From Pseudovirgaria hyperparasitica (Eukaryota), in NCBI GenBank assembly GCA_010093815.1, contig ML996577.1: a stretch of 64,000 bases of DNA. One strand, written 5' to 3'. Shown piece after piece: positions 62,622 through 64,000 of the stretch; the first letter of the stretch is position 1; every line of letters begins with the position of its first letter. Under the pieces are notes generated by a model. The model saw only the letters and a program-made list of their open reading frames with translations. It did no database searches and was not told the DNA's origin. Both the position numbers and the translations under genes were made by a program.

Positions 62622-64000
62622 TCAGGGTCGCGGGGTTATGTTGGTTTGACGTGTGGCGGCGATACCATGAATATTGGGCGGAGGTCCACTCGAAGACCAA
62701 GTATTGGCCATAGGTCCGCCGACCTTCTTCTTCAGAACCTCGATGATCTTGGTTTCAGGCCCTTCTCTGATGGCAAACCGAAGTATTGTGTCTTTCTTCT
62801 CCGCTATCTTCTTGTCGATGCCCACAGCATTACGGCCTGCTGGTCCGTAGAATCTGGTCAGTGTGGCATGCGCATGCCATTTTGCCATTGCTATGTTGTG
62901 GTAGACGCCAATAATCTCCGTATTGGACTCCTTCTTGTGAGGGTCGAAATGTCCGTCATCATGCATTAACGTTACAATGTAAACAATGTCCAACTTGGCT
63001 ACACCAACATTCAATGTCACATCCGGGACTGTCATGGGGGTGACTTGAGCTATTAGCGAGCTTCGAGAACGCGCAGCTAGCATCTCTGGTGTTTTCGGAT
63101 CTTCTTGTAAAGGTCTTAGACCCTTTATTTCGATCCTGCTACATCCATCGGCCATGCTGTGTTCGCAGTTGAAGTCAGCCTTGGCAAAACCTTGTAAAAG
63201 ATGAGACCATGCTGCCCCATTCGCGGCCGGCTTTGTTGCGTATGTTCCAGCGCAATATACTGTTTGTATCTTGACCTCGTCAGACGGCGAGTCATGGGGC
63301 TCGATGTCCGCAACTACAACCGTATAGACTATCTTGTATTCCTCTTGTTTCGCGCGTTTCGGGGCTGGGCTTGCGTTTTCGAGCGTAGAGGCAGGAGTTT
63401 CTGCTTTCGCCTCTGCAGACCTTTTACGACTTTGCGATGGGGCCGTGGCTTCAGGCTGCAGTAGGTCGGAGCTTGCAGTGTCCTGTGCAGTGGAGGACGA
63501 CGAAGTTGCGGGGATGGCGTAGCCATCGTTGGAATTGCTCGAAGTATCCGGTTGAGGGGGCTCAGACCGGCTTTCATTGTCAATGCTCTCGCGTAACCGA
63601 CTAGCGAGATTTTCTTCTTCAGCTTGTTGCAAGCGTGCTTGATGCATCTGCTGGCCAGGAGTATTAAGATGTTGGACGGAAGGACTCATGTGCTGGTTCT
63701 GAGCACTGATATGCTGATTAGGAGAGCCCATGTGTTGGGCTGACTGTTGCAAGTGTTGTGCCGATGCAGTCAATGGTTGACTGCTCGTGCTCATGTGCTG
63801 ACTCGATGCATTTATTTGATGGGCAGTTGGGTTAATATGTTGGTTCGACGCGTTGTTTGGTAATCCATGACGAGGACTACTCTGGTAACCAAGACTAGGT
63901 GGAGTCTGTGTATTGTTTTGACTGTTACTCTGGTTCAACGAAGTCTGGATTGGCGTATGTGTATCTTGTCTAGATCGTCGCTGTGGCTGGGGCTGAGGCT
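62622..64000 (-). CDS. Hypothetical protein with Q/H/N-rich heptad repeats and a duplicated small C-terminal module; the 5' end lies outside the window
   Basis: The frame of the 438-aa ORF stays open upstream of 63938 to the window edge (..PQPQPQRRSRQDTHTPIQTS). It has a disordered middle with an NLS-like PAPKRAK and a globular C-terminus. Confidence 0.75.
   Translation of the reverse strand, partial: PQPQPQRRSRQDTHTPIQTSLNQSNSQNNTQTPPSLGYQSSPRHGLPNNASNQHINPTAHQINASSQHMSTSSQPLTASAQHLQQSAQHMGSPNQHISAQNQHMSPSVQHLNTPGQQMHQARLQQAEEENLASRLRESIDNESRSEPPQPDTSSNSNDGYAIPATSSSSTAQDTASSDLLQPEATAPSQSRKRSAEAKAETPASTLENASPAPKRAKQEEYKIVYTVVVADIEPHDSPSDEVKIQTVYCAGTYATKPAANGAAWSHLLQGFAKADFNCEHSMADGCSRIEIKGLRPLQEDPKTPEMLAARSRSSLIAQVTPMTVPDVTLNVGVAKLDIVYIVTLMHDDGHFDPHKKESNTEIIGVYHNIAMAKWHAHATLTRFYGPAGRNAVGIDKKIAEKKDTILRFAIREGPETKIIEVLKKKVGGPMANTWSSSGPPPNIHGIAATRQTNITPRP

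Overview
Intron-containing genomic DNA from a filamentous ascomycete (GT-AG introns with CTRAC branch sites, Zn2Cys6 regulator, RIP-like AT-rich relics). There is no rRNA, tRNA or CRISPR signal. Recognisable conserved genes, in order: TAO3/PAG1 (partial), NADPH-cytochrome P450 reductase, a two-RRM Spo5/MSSP-like RNA-binding protein, RIO2, RPN1, TYW2, D-amino-acid oxidase with a PTS1, an uncharacterised membrane protein, an MDR-family oxidoreductase, VCX1, a RING-containing SNF2 ATPase, nirA, an aromatic aldehyde dehydrogenase, and a hypothetical protein with Q/H heptad repeats that runs off the window end. Between TYW2 and DAO1 (about 24.7-35.8 kb) lies an accessory-looking block. It holds an intact, heavily spliced CorA-like membrane protein lacking the GMN motif, a decayed non-RD kinase directly downstream, a small type I membrane protein and an intronless OTU protease. 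This block is the best candidate for an undescribed conflict/allorecognition-type module, although that function is inference. Smaller observations are a TA-flanked MITE upstream of TAO3, a GC-AG intron, two 4-nt first coding exons and an intronic minisatellite. All gene identities come from motif recognition by eye; no database search was run.
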